A stretch of 46,899 bases of DNA from Spirochaetia bacterium (GCA_049515615.1 JBEKTX010000001.1:1-46899), one strand, 5' to 3'; shown: positions 18,397-28,683, numbered from the stretch's first letter. A program made the numbers and translations. The notes: generated by a model from the letters alone, not told the origin.

Positions 18397-20772
18397 ATGG
18401 CCAGAAAGCCCCTGCGGGAAAGCCCCCGCCCTGTAAACCGTCATAACAGGATCTTCAGGGACTCAGCGGTCTCAATCTGGGAGGGTGACATCTCCGCCCT
18501 CCGCGCTCTGATCGAGAAATGGAAAGCATCTGGCATCAGCGACCTTCGCGCGCATCTCGTCGGTCACCCGCGTCTCCTGAAACAAGCGATCAGCGCGATC
18601 ACGATCATCGACGTGAATCCGCAAACGCTCCGTTTGTACGAAGCCAGGAAGAAGAGCGACCTCATCGGCCCGCTGACCCGGCTCCTGGAAGCGAAATCCG
18701 TATCGGCCTTCACGGACCTCATCATGGCCGTCGCGGAAGGCCGCGGGGAGCTGCAGGTCGAAGGGTTCGGGCGCGCGCTCTCGGGGCATCGCCTCGGGCT
18801 GCTTGCCAGAATCTGCATTCCGCCGGAAAACGAGCCCTCCGCGACCATGCTGGCCAGCGTCATCGAGATGAGCGGAATTCGAATGGCGCGGGACGGCACG
18901 GGGCGCGAGACACCGGAGAAGAATGTCGAGGACGAGCGGCAAGGCCTTCAGACGCTGATCGACCTTCTCCCGGATGCCATTTTCCTCAAGGACCGAGAGG
19001 GTCGGTTCACTCTCGCCAACAAGGCTGTGGCCGACATCATGTCCGCAGGGAGTCCGGCGGATCTCATCGGAAAGACTGACCGCGAGTTTTATCCACGGGA
19101 AATGTCGGAGGAGTTCCAGGCGGACGAGCGCGTCGTGTTGGACGAGGGCAAGGCGCTCATCAACAAGGTAGAGCCCAAGCCCGTGCGCGGCGTGCTCCGC
19201 TGGATCATCACGAGAAAGGTTCCTCTGCGCGATCATGAAGGGAGAATCACGGGCCTGGTGGGGATCAGCCGCGATGTCACCGACCAGAGGCAGGCGGAGG
19301 CGGCCCTCTCGCGCGAGCGCACATATCTGGCCACCCTGATGGACACGCTTCCCGATTACATCTACTTCAAGGATACCAAAAGCAGGTTCCTCCTCACGAA
19401 CAGGGCTCATGCAAGCGCCTTTCGACTTCGAGATCCCGCGGAGGCCATAGGGAAGTCCGATTTCGATTTCTTCACAATCGAGCACGCGCAGGCGGCGTTC
19501 AATGACGAGCAGCGCATCATTCAGACCGGCGATCCAATCATTGATCTGGAAGAGAAGGAAACATGGCCCGACCGCCCGGACACGTGGGTCTCCACGACCA
19601 AGCTGCCGCTTCGGGACGAGGAGGGCAAGGTCATCGGCACCCTCGGCCTTTCAAGGGACATCACGAAGCGCCGGCAGATCGAGGAGAAAAATGTTCGGCT
19701 GGCCTCGATGGTCGAGTATTCGAAAGACGCAATCATCGGCGTGGACCTGGAGGACCTGGTGACGAGCTGGAACCGCGGCGCCGAAAAGGTGTTCGGATTT
19801 GACTCCGCGGAAATGATCGGCAAACCCATCACCACGCTCATCACGCCCGAGACCGAGGCGAAGCTGCCCACCATGAAGGAAGCCCTTATCCAGCGGGGCC
19901 GCGTCCAGCAGTTCGAGAGCATGGTGACGAGAAAGGACGGCAGACAGATCTTCGTCTCCTCGACACTGTCGCTCATCAACGACGCGCAGAATAGAATCAT
20001 CGGGACGACCCTCATCTCCCGGGACGTAACGGAGCAGAAGGCGCTGCAGGCCCAGGTGATCCGCGCCCAGAGGCTTGAAAGCCTCGGGACGCTCGCGGCG
20101 GGCATCGCGCACCAGTTCAACAACATCAATGCCGCCATCAAGGGTTACCTCGACGTCCTCATGCAGGAAGAAGACCTGTCGCCATCGGTCATCTCGTACA
20201 CGCGCGAAGCCCTGAAGGGCGTTCAGCGCTCCGTGGAGATCACCGACCGCCTGCAGAGCTTCACCAGCGCCTCTCAGGCCGGTGCCGAGCTCCTCCAGCT
20301 CGACGAGCTGGTGCCGACCATCATCCCGCTCCTCGAGAAGCAGGCCGCGGAGACCGGCGCGAGCATCCGCCTGGAGCTCAAGGACCGCGCACGCGTGCGG
20401 GCCAGCCGCGCCACGGTCAGCTTCGTGATCACAAGCCTGCTGAGCAATTCCCTGCACGCCCTGCTGGACCGCCCTGTCCGGGAGATCACGATTCGGACGC
20501 TTACCGCCTCGGGATTTGCATCCCTTGAGGTGAAGGATACCGGATGCGGCATTTCCGCTGAAAACCTCCCTCGCATCTTCACTCCGTTTTTCACCACGAA
20601 AGGCGAATGGGCCACGCCGATGTCGCCGCAGTCACGGGTCAAAGGCATCGGCCTGAGCCTTTCAGTGTGCCAGAGCAGCGTCGCGGAGCAAGGCGGCTGG
20701 ATTGAAGTGGAGAGCGTCCCGGGTGCCGGAGCCACCTTCCGCGTCTGGCTGCCTGCCGCCCCCTCGGAATAA
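18397..20772 (+). CDS. soluble multi-PAS sensor histidine kinase
   Basis: ATG at 18397 (MARKPLRES). Several PAS blocks (e.g. LPDAIFLKDREGRFTLANKA, MVEYSKDAIIGVDL). H-box GIAHQFNNINAAIKGYL. HATPase_c (DTGCGIS...FTPFFTTKG...GIGLSL). No TM segment seen. Confidence 0.85.
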   Translation: MARKPLRESPRPVNRHNRIFRDSAVSIWEGDISALRALIEKWKASGISDLRAHLVGHPRLLKQAISAITIIDVNPQTLRLYEARKKSDLIGPLTRLLEAKSVSAFTDLIMAVAEGRGELQVEGFGRALSGHRLGLLARICIPPENEPSATMLASVIEMSGIRMARDGTGRETPEKNVEDERQGLQTLIDLLPDAIFLKDREGRFTLANKAVADIMSAGSPADLIGKTDREFYPREMSEEFQADERVVLDEGKALINKVEPKPVRGVLRWIITRKVPLRDHEGRITGLVGISRDVTDQRQAEAALSRERTYLATLMDTLPDYIYFKDTKSRFLLTNRAHASAFRLRDPAEAIGKSDFDFFTIEHAQAAFNDEQRIIQTGDPIIDLEEKETWPDRPDTWVSTTKLPLRDEEGKVIGTLGLSRDITKRRQIEEKNVRLASMVEYSKDAIIGVDLEDLVTSWNRGAEKVFGFDSAEMIGKPITTLITPETEAKLPTMKEALIQRGRVQQFESMVTRKDGRQIFVSSTLSLINDAQNRIIGTTLISRDVTEQKALQAQVIRAQRLESLGTLAAGIAHQFNNINAAIKGYLDVLMQEEDLSPSVISYTREALKGVQRSVEITDRLQSFTSASQAGAELLQLDELVPTIIPLLEKQAAETGASIRLELKDRARVRASRATVSFVITSLLSNSLHALLDRPVREITIRTLTASGFASLEVKDTGCGISAENLPRIFTPFFTTKGEWATPMSPQSRVKGIGLSLSVCQSSVAEQGGWIEVESVPGAGATFRVWLPAAPSE

Positions 20773-20775
20773 CGC

Positions 20776-22719
20776 ATGCGGGACGACATCCCGGAGCACA
20801 CAGCGCGGGAAACGGAGCAGGCCTCCGCCATGGACACGCTCCGGGCGATCGTCGATTCCCTGCCGCTGGCCCTCATCACCTTTTCCGGAGAAGGCCGCGT
20901 CCTGAGCTGGAACCCGGCGGCCGAGCATATGTTCGGCTGGTCAGAGGCCGAGGCCCTCCAGAAGACGTTTCCTTTTGTCCCGCCGGACGCCGCCGGCGAA
21001 GCCCGCGAAATCCTTCGCGCCACGCTCGCGGGCGGCCACGTGTCGAGTCACGAGACCCGCCACGGCCGGCGTGACGGCTCGACCATCTCCGTGAGCATCT
21101 CCACCGCCCCTCTGCGAAACCCCGCGGGCGCGGTGACCGGCGCGCTCTGGATGGCCGAGGATATCACCGCGCGCCGCCTCGATGAAGAAACGATCGCGGA
21201 GCAGGCGCGGCTGCTGGACTTTGCGCAGGACGCGATCCTGGTGCGCGGCACCGACGAGAGAATGCTCTACTGCAACCAGGCCACCCTGAGGTTGTACGGG
21301 TACAGCCGGGAGGAGCTGCGCGCCCTGAACACGAAGGAGCTCGTCGTGGACGAGGATCTCCCCCGGTTCGAAGAGGCGCGCAGAATCCTCGCCCTGAGCG
21401 GGGAATGGGAAGGCGAGCTCCGGCAGAGGACCAGGGACGGACGCATCCTTTTCGTGCATTCCCGCTGGAGCCTTGTGCGAAACAACGCGGGCTTTCCGCG
21501 GGGACGGCTGGTGATCAGCACGGACGTCAGCAGGCAGAAGGAGATGGAAACTCACCTGAGAAGAACGCAGCGGATGGAGAGCCTCGGCACGCTGGCAAGC
21601 GGAATCGCGCACGACCTGAACAATATTCTCTCCCCCATCCTCATGGCGGTGGAAGTGCTGGGGATGCATGCCGCGGACGCGCGGGACAGGAAGATGCTGG
21701 GGGTGCTCGAGTCCAGCGTCCACCGGGGCAGCGACATCGTCCACCAGATGCTGGCTTTCGCGCGCGGGAGCGAGGGCGAGCTTGTCCCCTTGAGCCTGCG
21801 GCACGTCATCCGGGAAATCGAGACGATCCTCCGCGAGACCTTTCCGAAAAACATCTCCATCACGACGGATGTTCCGAAGGATCTGCCCCGCGTGCGCGGA
21901 GACGCCACCCGCATCCACCAGGTCCTGATCAACCTCTGCGTGAACTCACGGGACGCCCTGCCAAAGGGCGGAAATATCACCGTCACTGCCCGCGCGGATG
22001 GCCTGGACGAGACGGGTGCGAGGAGACACCCCGGCGCAAAGCCCGGAAAGTATGTCAAGCTGAGCGTGATCGATGACGGGCTGGGCATTCCGGAAGAGCT
22101 CCACGAGAGGATATTCGAGCCATTTTTCACCACGAAAGAAAAGGGCAAGGGGACAGGGCTGGGGCTTTCAACGGTGCAATCCGTCGCCCAGGGCCACGGG
22201 GGTTTTGTGACGTGTGAGAGCGAACCGGGAAAAGGCACCCGGTTTGACGTCTATTTTCCGGTCGTCGAACAGGCGGCAGCATCGGGGGCCGAAGAGCCGG
22301 TCTCCGCGATACCTCTCGGCGCAGGGGAGACGGTCTTGGTGATCGATGACGACCAGTCCATCCTCCTGATCACGCGCCAGATTCTTGAAAGCTACGACTA
22401 CAAGGTGCTCAGCGCAAATGGCGGCGCCGCCGCGGTCGAAGCCCTGCGCGAGCGGAAGAAAAAATCCGTAAGCCTCGTTCTCACGGACATGGCAATGCCC
22501 TCAATGGACGGCGCCGCGGCCATCCAGGCCCTGCGCAGGATCGATCCCGGCGTCCCCGTGATCCTCATGAGCGGCCTCCCCTCATCGATGGAATCACCGG
22601 AGGTGGCAGGACTGGGCATCCAGGGTGTAATCGGGAAGCCGTTCAAGTCCGAGGACCTTCTTCTCCTCATCCGCGAAGTGATCGACAGGGCGTCCAGCAA
22701 CGCGAGAGAGCGGCGATAG
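20776..22719 (+). CDS. hybrid PAS sensor histidine kinase / response regulator
   Basis: Two PAS blocks. H-box GIAHDLNNILSPI. HATPase_c (DDGLGIP...FEPFFTTKEKGKGTGLGLS). C-terminal receiver VLVIDDDQSILL...LVLTDMAMPSMDG...GKPF. Confidence 0.9.
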   Translation: MRDDIPEHTARETEQASAMDTLRAIVDSLPLALITFSGEGRVLSWNPAAEHMFGWSEAEALQKTFPFVPPDAAGEAREILRATLAGGHVSSHETRHGRRDGSTISVSISTAPLRNPAGAVTGALWMAEDITARRLDEETIAEQARLLDFAQDAILVRGTDERMLYCNQATLRLYGYSREELRALNTKELVVDEDLPRFEEARRILALSGEWEGELRQRTRDGRILFVHSRWSLVRNNAGFPRGRLVISTDVSRQKEMETHLRRTQRMESLGTLASGIAHDLNNILSPILMAVEVLGMHAADARDRKMLGVLESSVHRGSDIVHQMLAFARGSEGELVPLSLRHVIREIETILRETFPKNISITTDVPKDLPRVRGDATRIHQVLINLCVNSRDALPKGGNITVTARADGLDETGARRHPGAKPGKYVKLSVIDDGLGIPEELHERIFEPFFTTKEKGKGTGLGLSTVQSVAQGHGGFVTCESEPGKGTRFDVYFPVVEQAAASGAEEPVSAIPLGAGETVLVIDDDQSILLITRQILESYDYKVLSANGGAAAVEALRERKKKSVSLVLTDMAMPSMDGAAAIQALRRIDPGVPVILMSGLPSSMESPEVAGLGIQGVIGKPFKSEDLLLLIREVIDRASSNARERR

Positions 22720-23595
22720 TCAGTCGAAGACCGAGAAAAACCGGTCGAAGAACCGGTCCCTGTCAACGGCAACCGCGACCTCATGCCTTCCCGTCGCCGG
22801 GTCTACTCCCCAGTGCGTCGCGCCCGCGAGACGCCTGCTTTCCAGCTCGATCTCGACCGTGCCTCGAACGAACCGGCAGAGCGTCTGGTCAAAGATGACG
22901 GCGGCAGCCAGCGGATCGTGGAACACCATCCTGTCTCTGTGCCGGAACCAGACCTCGGCAAAATCGAGCACGGGCTTCAAAAGGGCGCTCTGAAACCTTT
23001 CGCGCACCTGGTCCAATGGGAGAGAGAGCTGGGTGGTGACATCGAGCCCGACCGTTCGGTGCGCGGGGGTCCGATGCTTGTACACGATGGCGGCCGCGTG
23101 CGGATCGAGGGACGCGTTCCATTCCGCGGGGCCCCACCCCGCAACGCGGTTCGAAAAAAGCCCGCACATCGACACGATGCCTCTCAACAAGGCCGGGATG
23201 CCGGGATCCAGGCTGAAAAGCAGGGCGATATTCGTGAGCGGTCCGATCGTGAGCAGGACGATCTCCCCGGGGTGCGCGCGGATCGTCTCCAGGAGAAATC
23301 GCACTGCCTGACCGCGGGGAAAGCTCGATTCATGCGGCCACTTTTCCGCCGCGGCGGCCTGCGGCGCCTGCGTCTGCTTCTGTGCAACCAGCAGGGGATG
23401 CTCGGAACCAGGGAAGATCGGCACGTTTCGGCCGGCTGCACGGCAGAGCACGTCAGCCAGCTGGGCGCGCTTTTCAGCCTCACCCGTCACCGTCGTGATG
23501 CCCAGCAGCTCGCATTCACTGTTGGCAAGAAGGTACGCGAGGGCAACAGCGTCGTCGATGTCGCTCCCGATGTCGGTATCCAGCAGGACTTTCAT
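22720..23595 (-). CDS. nucleoside hydrolase (inosine/uridine-preferring family)
   Basis: [23 protein letters not shown], the DxDxxxDD Ca-binding signature. Strong RBS AAGGAGGA upstream of the ATG at 23595. Confidence 0.9.
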   Translation of the reverse strand: MKVLLDTDIGSDIDDAVALAYLLANSECELLGITTVTGEAEKRAQLADVLCRAAGRNVPIFPGSEHPLLVAQKQTQAPQAAAAEKWPHESSFPRGQAVRFLLETIRAHPGEIVLLTIGPLTNIALLFSLDPGIPALLRGIVSMCGLFSNRVAGWGPAEWNASLDPHAAAIVYKHRTPAHRTVGLDVTTQLSLPLDQVRERFQSALLKPVLDFAEVWFRHRDRMVFHDPLAAAVIFDQTLCRFVRGTVEIELESRRLAGATHWGVDPATGRHEVAVAVDRDRFFDRFFSVFD

Positions 23596-23639
23596 TTCTT
23601 CGTTTCCTCCTTCGCCGCCCTGCTGCTTCGCAGGATCGA

Positions 23640-24848
23640 TCAGTCTTCGAGAACGAATATTTCTACTCGTCTGTTTTTTGCCATGTTTTCCTCCGTGTCG
23701 CTCGGCGCCAGGGGCTCGGTTCCTCCCCGGCCTTCGTAGAGGAATCGCTCGGCGCTGAGCCCGTGCGACGAAAGAAAATCCACGACTGCCTTGGCCCTCT
23801 TCACCGAAAGAACGTATTGGCTCTCCTCAGTGCCCACCTCAGCGGTGTGGCCGACCACGCGGAAACTCCTGCCTGGTATCAGCATCAAGGCACCGGCCAG
23901 GGCTTCCAGCCGGGGAAGCTCATCCGGCAGGAACGCGGCCTGCTCTGCAACGAAGTGAATATTGTTGAGGGAAACGCTCACGCCTTCAGGCTTTTGCTGG
24001 ACCACCACATCCTTTGCGCCGGTTTCCTCCAGTTTTTTGGCTATCTTGTCGGCCGTCTCCGCCCGGTTCAACGGCGCCGCCGACGTGAACCAGGTGAGGA
24101 CAAACCCCTTGAGCTGCATGGAGGCGCCGTCCACAAATGCGTACGTCTCATCGACCTGATCCTGCATGAAGGAGATGGCCCCGGTAGGCACGGAAAGCTG
24201 GACGGACACGGCGTGGGTTCCGGAGATCGAGAGCAGGCGAGCATCACCCGCCGGATCGTCTCCCTTCTTGTAACGCTCCGCGTACGTTGCCGTGATCACC
24301 CTGAGCGTGATTCCTCCGCGCGTCACTTCACCATTGTAGCGGTACTCAGCGAGAAACCGGGTGCGGCTGAACTTTCCATCGTGCAGCGGCTCCACGAAGC
24401 GCGAACCGACTCCCTTCCACTTGTCACCGACGGACAACTCGGCCCTTGGAATGATCGGGAAACCGCGCAGGGTGGGGTACGCCCCGTCCCCCTCGATTTT
24501 CAACTCGCCGTCGGGCTCGATCGAATACGAAACCGGAACCGCCTTGTCGATCTCCTGTGCCGTGTGGGCGCCGCTATGATCAAGGGCCTGCAGAACGTAG
24601 AAAGTGCCTTCGACATTCGCCCCGAGAGCGTCCACGCTCTGCTGCAGGATTCCTTTCACTTCCCGGTTCTCCAGCCCGACATACCTTCCGCTCTCATACC
24701 TTCGGAGATCGGCCCGTTCGATGTAGGTGAACTTTCCATCCGGCGGGAGGACCGCCTTTACGAGGAGCTCTGCCCCTTCTCCACGGCAGATCGCCGACGG
24801 CAGGACAGCGAGGATGAGAGCTGCTGCATGAGTGATGCGCGGCCTCAT
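23640..24848 (-). CDS. OmpA-family (peptidoglycan-binding) protein with signal peptide
   Basis: N-terminal signal [22 protein letters not shown]-terminal OmpA-like domain ...[31 protein letters not shown]...NRRVEIFV. Confidence 0.8.
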   Translation of the reverse strand: MRPRITHAAALILAVLPSAICRGEGAELLVKAVLPPDGKFTYIERADLRRYESGRYVGLENREVKGILQQSVDALGANVEGTFYVLQALDHSGAHTAQEIDKAVPVSYSIEPDGELKIEGDGAYPTLRGFPIIPRAELSVGDKWKGVGSRFVEPLHDGKFSRTRFLAEYRYNGEVTRGGITLRVITATYAERYKKGDDPAGDARLLSISGTHAVSVQLSVPTGAISFMQDQVDETYAFVDGASMQLKGFVLTWFTSAAPLNRAETADKIAKKLEETGAKDVVVQQKPEGVSVSLNNIHFVAEQAAFLPDELPRLEALAGALMLIPGRSFRVVGHTAEVGTEESQYVLSVKRAKAVVDFLSSHGLSAERFLYEGRGGTEPLAPSDTEENMAKNRRVEIFVLED

Positions 24849-25405
24849 TTGCCGGGCTTCTCAACAAGGGCGTCGAGCATCACGTCGCCGTCGAATATGA
24901 AGTACCCGCGGAAGCGCTCGCCCCGCAGGAGGAGCGGCAGCCATAATGCATCGTCCTCCCACATCCGCTCGTAGGGGATGCTTTCCTGCGGCGTCCAGCG
25001 GGGCGCGGCTTCGCTCGTTTCGCACAGCTCTCCTTCAAAGCCGGAAGCGGTAAACACGGTCCCGTGAAGCGAGTACCCGTCCACGAACTGGAAATACAGC
25101 TCCCCCGCCTCCTGCACGCCCGTGGGCGTCACGCAGAGCTCTTCCTGGACCTCACGGACGGCACCCTGGAGCGCCGTCTCTCCGGGGTCGATCCTCCCGC
25201 CGGGTCCATTGACCTTGCCGGCGCCGAGCCCGGTCTTCTTGTCGATGAGCAGGATGTGTCCGTCGTTGAGCACGAACAGAAGCGTCGCCTTCTCCGTTGG
25301 CCGCCAGGAGGGCCAGTCAATCTCCCGCACCAGGCGGGCAGCAATGGGCGAGCCGTCGGAATGCATGCTCTGAACGTACCCAATCGGACCTTCGCGCGCA
25401 ACCAC
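24845..25405 (-). CDS. Nudix hydrolase (MutT-like)
   Basis: Nudix box GPGGRIDPGETALQGAVREVQEELCV. The start is uncertain: GTG at 25405 or ATG at 25366. The stop overlaps the OmpA-family start (ATGA). Confidence 0.8.
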   Translation of the reverse strand: MVAREGPIGYVQSMHSDGSPIAARLVREIDWPSWRPTEKATLLFVLNDGHILLIDKKTGLGAGKVNGPGGRIDPGETALQGAVREVQEELCVTPTGVQEAGELYFQFVDGYSLHGTVFTASGFEGELCETSEAAPRWTPQESIPYERMWEDDALWLPLLLRGERFRGYFIFDGDVMLDALVEKPGK

Positions 25406-25456
25406 GGCGGAGTATCACTGCGATATGGGTTGCGCATCCAGGGCTGCGCATTTCCG

Positions 25457-25485
25457 TTGCATTCACCGGGCAGCGGGTTTATACT
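25457..25485 (+). promoter_or_regulatory. near-consensus sigma-70 promoter of the radical-SAM gene
   Basis: TTGCAT (25457-25462), exact 17-nt spacer, TATACT (25480-25485). Confidence 0.55.
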
Positions 25486-25491
25486 GGCGGC

Positions 25492-25508
25492 GATGAATTA
25501 CATTCATC
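25492..25508. promoter_or_regulatory. perfect 7-3-7 palindrome (candidate operator) at the predicted transcription start
   Basis: GATGAAT-tac-ATTCATC at 25492-25508, 6 nt downstream of the -10 hexamer. Confidence 0.4.
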
Positions 25509-25579
25509 ACTGAAGGGGATCGTAAGAAGCAGGAACCTCCCGATGGAGGTAGAGGTCTCTCGAGGAGAGCACCCTCCCC

Positions 25580-26590
25580 ATGCGCCTCTTGCGTCCCCTT
25601 CCTCTTTTTCCGGCCATGATCTCCCCGGTTGAAATACACGCAAAAACAGTGCTTCGCAGGATGAGGAGAATCGACCCTTGGTTTCTTGCCGGGTTCGGCA
25701 TGAACCTCTACCGGGGGTGCGGGCACGACTGCGCCTACTGCGACGGGCGCGCCGAGAAGTACCAGGTGGGGGGGAGCTTCGGATCGGACGTCCAGGTCAA
25801 GGTGAACGCGGTCGAGGTGCTCCGGAGGGAGCTGGGCCTTGAATCCGCCGGGCAGGCGGAGTTTTGGCCCGGCGCGCGGCAATGGCATGGAGGGTTCGTC
25901 CTGCTGGGCGGGGGCGTGGGGGACAGCTACCAGCCCGCCGAAATGCACTACGGTCTGGCGCGCAGTGTCCTGGAGCTCTTCGCCGAGCACGCGATTCCCG
26001 TGCACGTGCTCACCAAGTCCACGCTCGTCATGCGTGACGTGGATGTCCTGCAGCGTATCGCGCGCTCCGCGGGGGCATTGGTGAGCTTCAGCCTGTCATC
26101 GGCGGATGACTCGCTTTCCTCCATCTTCGAGCCCGGAGCGGCGGCGCCTTCGGAAAGGCTTCGCGCCCTGGAGGCCCTGAGAAATCACGGCATCAATGCG
26201 GGCGTCTTCCTCGTGCCGGTCCTCCCCTTCATCACCGATGGCGCGGAATCACTGGATGCGAGCGTGGCGGCAGCAGCCTCGGCGGGAGCGCTGTACGTGG
26301 TGTTCGGCGGAATGACCCTCAAGCCGGGGAGGCAGAAGGACCACTACCTGGAGACGCTGGAGCGTGTGAGACCCGATCTCGTCCCGCAATGCCGCGATCT
26401 GTACGCCGCGCCGATGGGGGCATACTCCACCGGCATCAACAGGTCCTTTGCCCTGGCCGCGCGGCGCCATGCCATGCCGATCCGCATCCCCCTCGCGCTT
26501 GCCCCGGAGGTGCTGGATAGCCAGGAAACGCGCGAGATGCGCGCCGCATATTCGAAGGCGGAACGGGAGATGCGCCGCTACCTCGCCTGA
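25580..26590 (+). CDS. radical SAM protein, SPL/'DNA repair photolyase'-like family
   Basis: CX3CX2C cluster motif NLYRGCGHDCAYCDG close to the N-terminus. About 330 aa. An alternative start is the ATG at 25616 (MISPVEIHAKTVL). Confidence 0.75.
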   Translation: MRLLRPLPLFPAMISPVEIHAKTVLRRMRRIDPWFLAGFGMNLYRGCGHDCAYCDGRAEKYQVGGSFGSDVQVKVNAVEVLRRELGLESAGQAEFWPGARQWHGGFVLLGGGVGDSYQPAEMHYGLARSVLELFAEHAIPVHVLTKSTLVMRDVDVLQRIARSAGALVSFSLSSADDSLSSIFEPGAAAPSERLRALEALRNHGINAGVFLVPVLPFITDGAESLDASVAAAASAGALYVVFGGMTLKPGRQKDHYLETLERVRPDLVPQCRDLYAAPMGAYSTGINRSFALAARRHAMPIRIPLALAPEVLDSQETREMRAAYSKAEREMRRYLA

Positions 26591-27102
26591 TTTCCGATGA
26601 TCGCGATGATCCGGGGAATCACGCTGGCGGAGAAAAGACGTCTGCCCGTCACCACGTGGAGCACCGCGGCGATGGCGATCAGAAGGAGCACGACGTTGCG
26701 CGGGATCGGCGCCTCGAGCCCGCCGACGAGCAGGCCCGAGAGTAGGAATGCCGCGCCGCCCGCCCCGGCGAGGAGCACGAGAGACACCGCCCAGCCCGCC
26801 GCGACCCCGGGACCGCCCCCGAACAGGCGCGCCTCGATGTCGAATCCGAAACGCAAACCCGCGCTGCACGCCAGCATGATCACGGCAAGGACGCTCACGG
26901 CGATGCGCAAGGGCAGCCGGGCACGTTCCCTTGCCTGCGCGATTCCCATGCAGGCGGCAATGATGACGAGCAGATCAATTGACGGGAGAAGAACCGAGGC
27001 GAGGGGCGAAGAGAGAGAGAAACCCGGCAGGTTCATCAGGATGTCGAACAGGAGAAGCCCGGCCAGCAACAGCAGCGCAGGAAGCGCGCGCGGGGTCCTC
27101 AT
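26578..27102 (-). CDS. small polytopic membrane protein, unknown function
   Basis: 174 aa with about 5 hydrophobic segments (LLLLAGLLLFDIL, LLVIIAACMGIA, VSVLAVIMLACSA, WAVSLVLLAGAGGAAFLLSGLLV, VVLLLIAIAAVL). The ATG lies 3 nt after the GNAT stop. Confidence 0.55.
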   Translation of the reverse strand: MRTPRALPALLLLAGLLLFDILMNLPGFSLSSPLASVLLPSIDLLVIIAACMGIAQARERARLPLRIAVSVLAVIMLACSAGLRFGFDIEARLFGGGPGVAAGWAVSLVLLAGAGGAAFLLSGLLVGGLEAPIPRNVVLLLIAIAAVLHVVTGRRLFSASVIPRIIAIIGNQAR

Positions 27103-27105
27103 CCC

Positions 27106-27609
27106 TCATCGAGCAGGGGCGCGAAGGATCTTCAGGTACATCGCTTTCGCGTCACCAGGCGCATAGAAGTCTTCCAACTCGGCGATCTGGGAATAGCCCT
27201 TTGCCAGGTAGAAGGCGCGCGTGGGAGTGTACAGCGGCCTGGAGGAAGTCTCGATGTACACCCGTGTGCCGCCGTATGTGGCGATTGCCTCCTCGGTCTG
27301 CTCGAGGAGCTGTGTGCCCAGTCCCCTGCCCCGGAAGTCCCCCGAGACCACGATCCAGTACAGGTCATAGCTCTCCTTCGTGCACGCAATCGGCCCGAAG
27401 CTCGTGTAACCGACCGTTCGGCCGTCCTGCTCGGCGAACAGGAAATGGTACCCGCAGCGCGGCCCCTTGGCCAGGCGGTCCTCGACGAGCTCGACAGCGG
27501 TGTCCACCTCTTCGGGGTAGAAAAAGCCCGTCGACTCGGTGATCTGCCGGACCGCCGCGAGGTCTTTCTCCGCGACGGCGCTGCGGAACGCGATCCTGGT
27601 TGTGTTCAT
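27106..27609 (-). CDS. GNAT family N-acetyltransferase
   Basis: ATG at 27609 (MNTTRIAFRS), ATGA overlap with the ATP-grasp stop. Acetyl-CoA motif A: WIVVSGDFRGRGLGTQLLEQTEE. Confidence 0.85.
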   Translation of the reverse strand: MNTTRIAFRSAVAEKDLAAVRQITESTGFFYPEEVDTAVELVEDRLAKGPRCGYHFLFAEQDGRTVGYTSFGPIACTKESYDLYWIVVSGDFRGRGLGTQLLEQTEEAIATYGGTRVYIETSSRPLYTPTRAFYLAKGYSQIAELEDFYAPGDAKAMYLKILRAPAR

Positions 27610-28637
27610 TCCATGTTCTCCTGGCGGCATTTGCGGCCGCTCCTGCTTGTGGCTTCTGCAACGATGCGTCGCACGACTTCTTCCATTGAAAGCCCGACAT
27701 GTCCCGCGGCCGCCATGAAACCGGCGTCCGGTGAGATGCATGGATTCGTGTTGATTTCCAGGACCCATGGGCGGCCTGCGCCATCCACGCGGAAATCAAC
27801 CCGCGCGTACCCGCGCAGCTCGAATGCCTTCCAGCACTCCCTGCTCATGGATATCAAGGTCTGGAGCAAACGCCCATCCTCCAATGGAAAATCGAACCTG
27901 CGGGGTGTGCTGCCGTATTCGAATGACCCTTCATCCCACTTGGCCTTGTAGCCCACCATTTTCGGCTTGCCCTCGGGGTAGCCGACGAACTCTATCTCTG
28001 AGGGCGGGAGACTCTGGGGCTCTCCGTCGGCCGTGCCGCCCAGCAGAGCGAGGTTGAACTCCCGGCCCTCGATGTACCGCTCCACGAACAAGCACTCGAT
28101 TCGTTCGCCGCGGGTCCGGCGCGAAATCTCTTCCGCCAGGGCTGCCTGAGTGACGGCCACTGAGCCGTCCTCCAATCCAACCGACGCGTGTTCCCACACC
28201 GATTTCACGATCCACGGCGGCGGGAATTGCGGCGCGGCGCGCACGGAGTGGGCGGCCGGCGTCCACGGCGGCGTGTCGATTCCGGCTGCCTGGAGAATCT
28301 TCTTCGCGAGCAGCTTCTGGGAAGTGAGCAGAATCGCCTCGGCGGATGCGCCCGTGTAGGGGATGCCCAGGCTGTCGAGGAGCATCGGGGCCAGGTGGAT
28401 CATGCTGCCCCTGCCGTCGATGGTTTCCGCTAGATTGAAGGCGATGAGCGGCCGCTGTGCGCGCAGCAGCTCTGCTGCATCTCCCAGGTTCATCGTGATC
28501 GGCACGTCCAAGGTCCGATACCCCAGGGTCCGCAGAGTTGAGCTGATGGCTTCCGCCTGGACGAGAACGTCCTTCTCATCGGCGGATGCGGACGCCGGAA
28601 CGCGGCCGTGCACGATGGCGACGGAGGGAAGGCTCAT
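27606..28637 (-). CDS. ATP-grasp enzyme, D-alanine--D-alanine ligase-like family
   Basis: ATG at 28637 (MSLPSVAIVHG). GIPYTG, KLLAKKILQAAGIDTPPW, PWIVKSVWEHASVGL, YIEGREFNLALLG, GYARVDFRVDGAGRPWVLEINTNPCIS. Lacks the SxEHEVS N-terminal signature of housekeeping Ddl. Confidence 0.85.
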   Translation of the reverse strand: MSLPSVAIVHGRVPASASADEKDVLVQAEAISSTLRTLGYRTLDVPITMNLGDAAELLRAQRPLIAFNLAETIDGRGSMIHLAPMLLDSLGIPYTGASAEAILLTSQKLLAKKILQAAGIDTPPWTPAAHSVRAAPQFPPPWIVKSVWEHASVGLEDGSVAVTQAALAEEISRRTRGERIECLFVERYIEGREFNLALLGGTADGEPQSLPPSEIEFVGYPEGKPKMVGYKAKWDEGSFEYGSTPRRFDFPLEDGRLLQTLISMSRECWKAFELRGYARVDFRVDGAGRPWVLEINTNPCISPDAGFMAAAGHVGLSMEEVVRRIVAEATSRSGRKCRQENME

Positions 28638-28683
28638 GCGGAAAAAAGCGCCGCGCCCTTCGAGGGAGCGGCGCGGTTCTTTC

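Noticed and set aside
18472-19485. 337-aa minus-strand ORF inside the first histidine kinase (and the similar 20941-21918 ORF inside the second)
   Set aside because: Both are antisense to PAS/HisKA coding sequence. They have low-complexity Arg/Asp/Leu-rich translations and no motifs.
22783-24974. 318-aa and 403-aa plus-strand ORFs (22783-23739, 23763-24974)
   Set aside because: They mirror the nucleoside hydrolase and OmpA-family genes, which carry clear family signatures on the minus strand.
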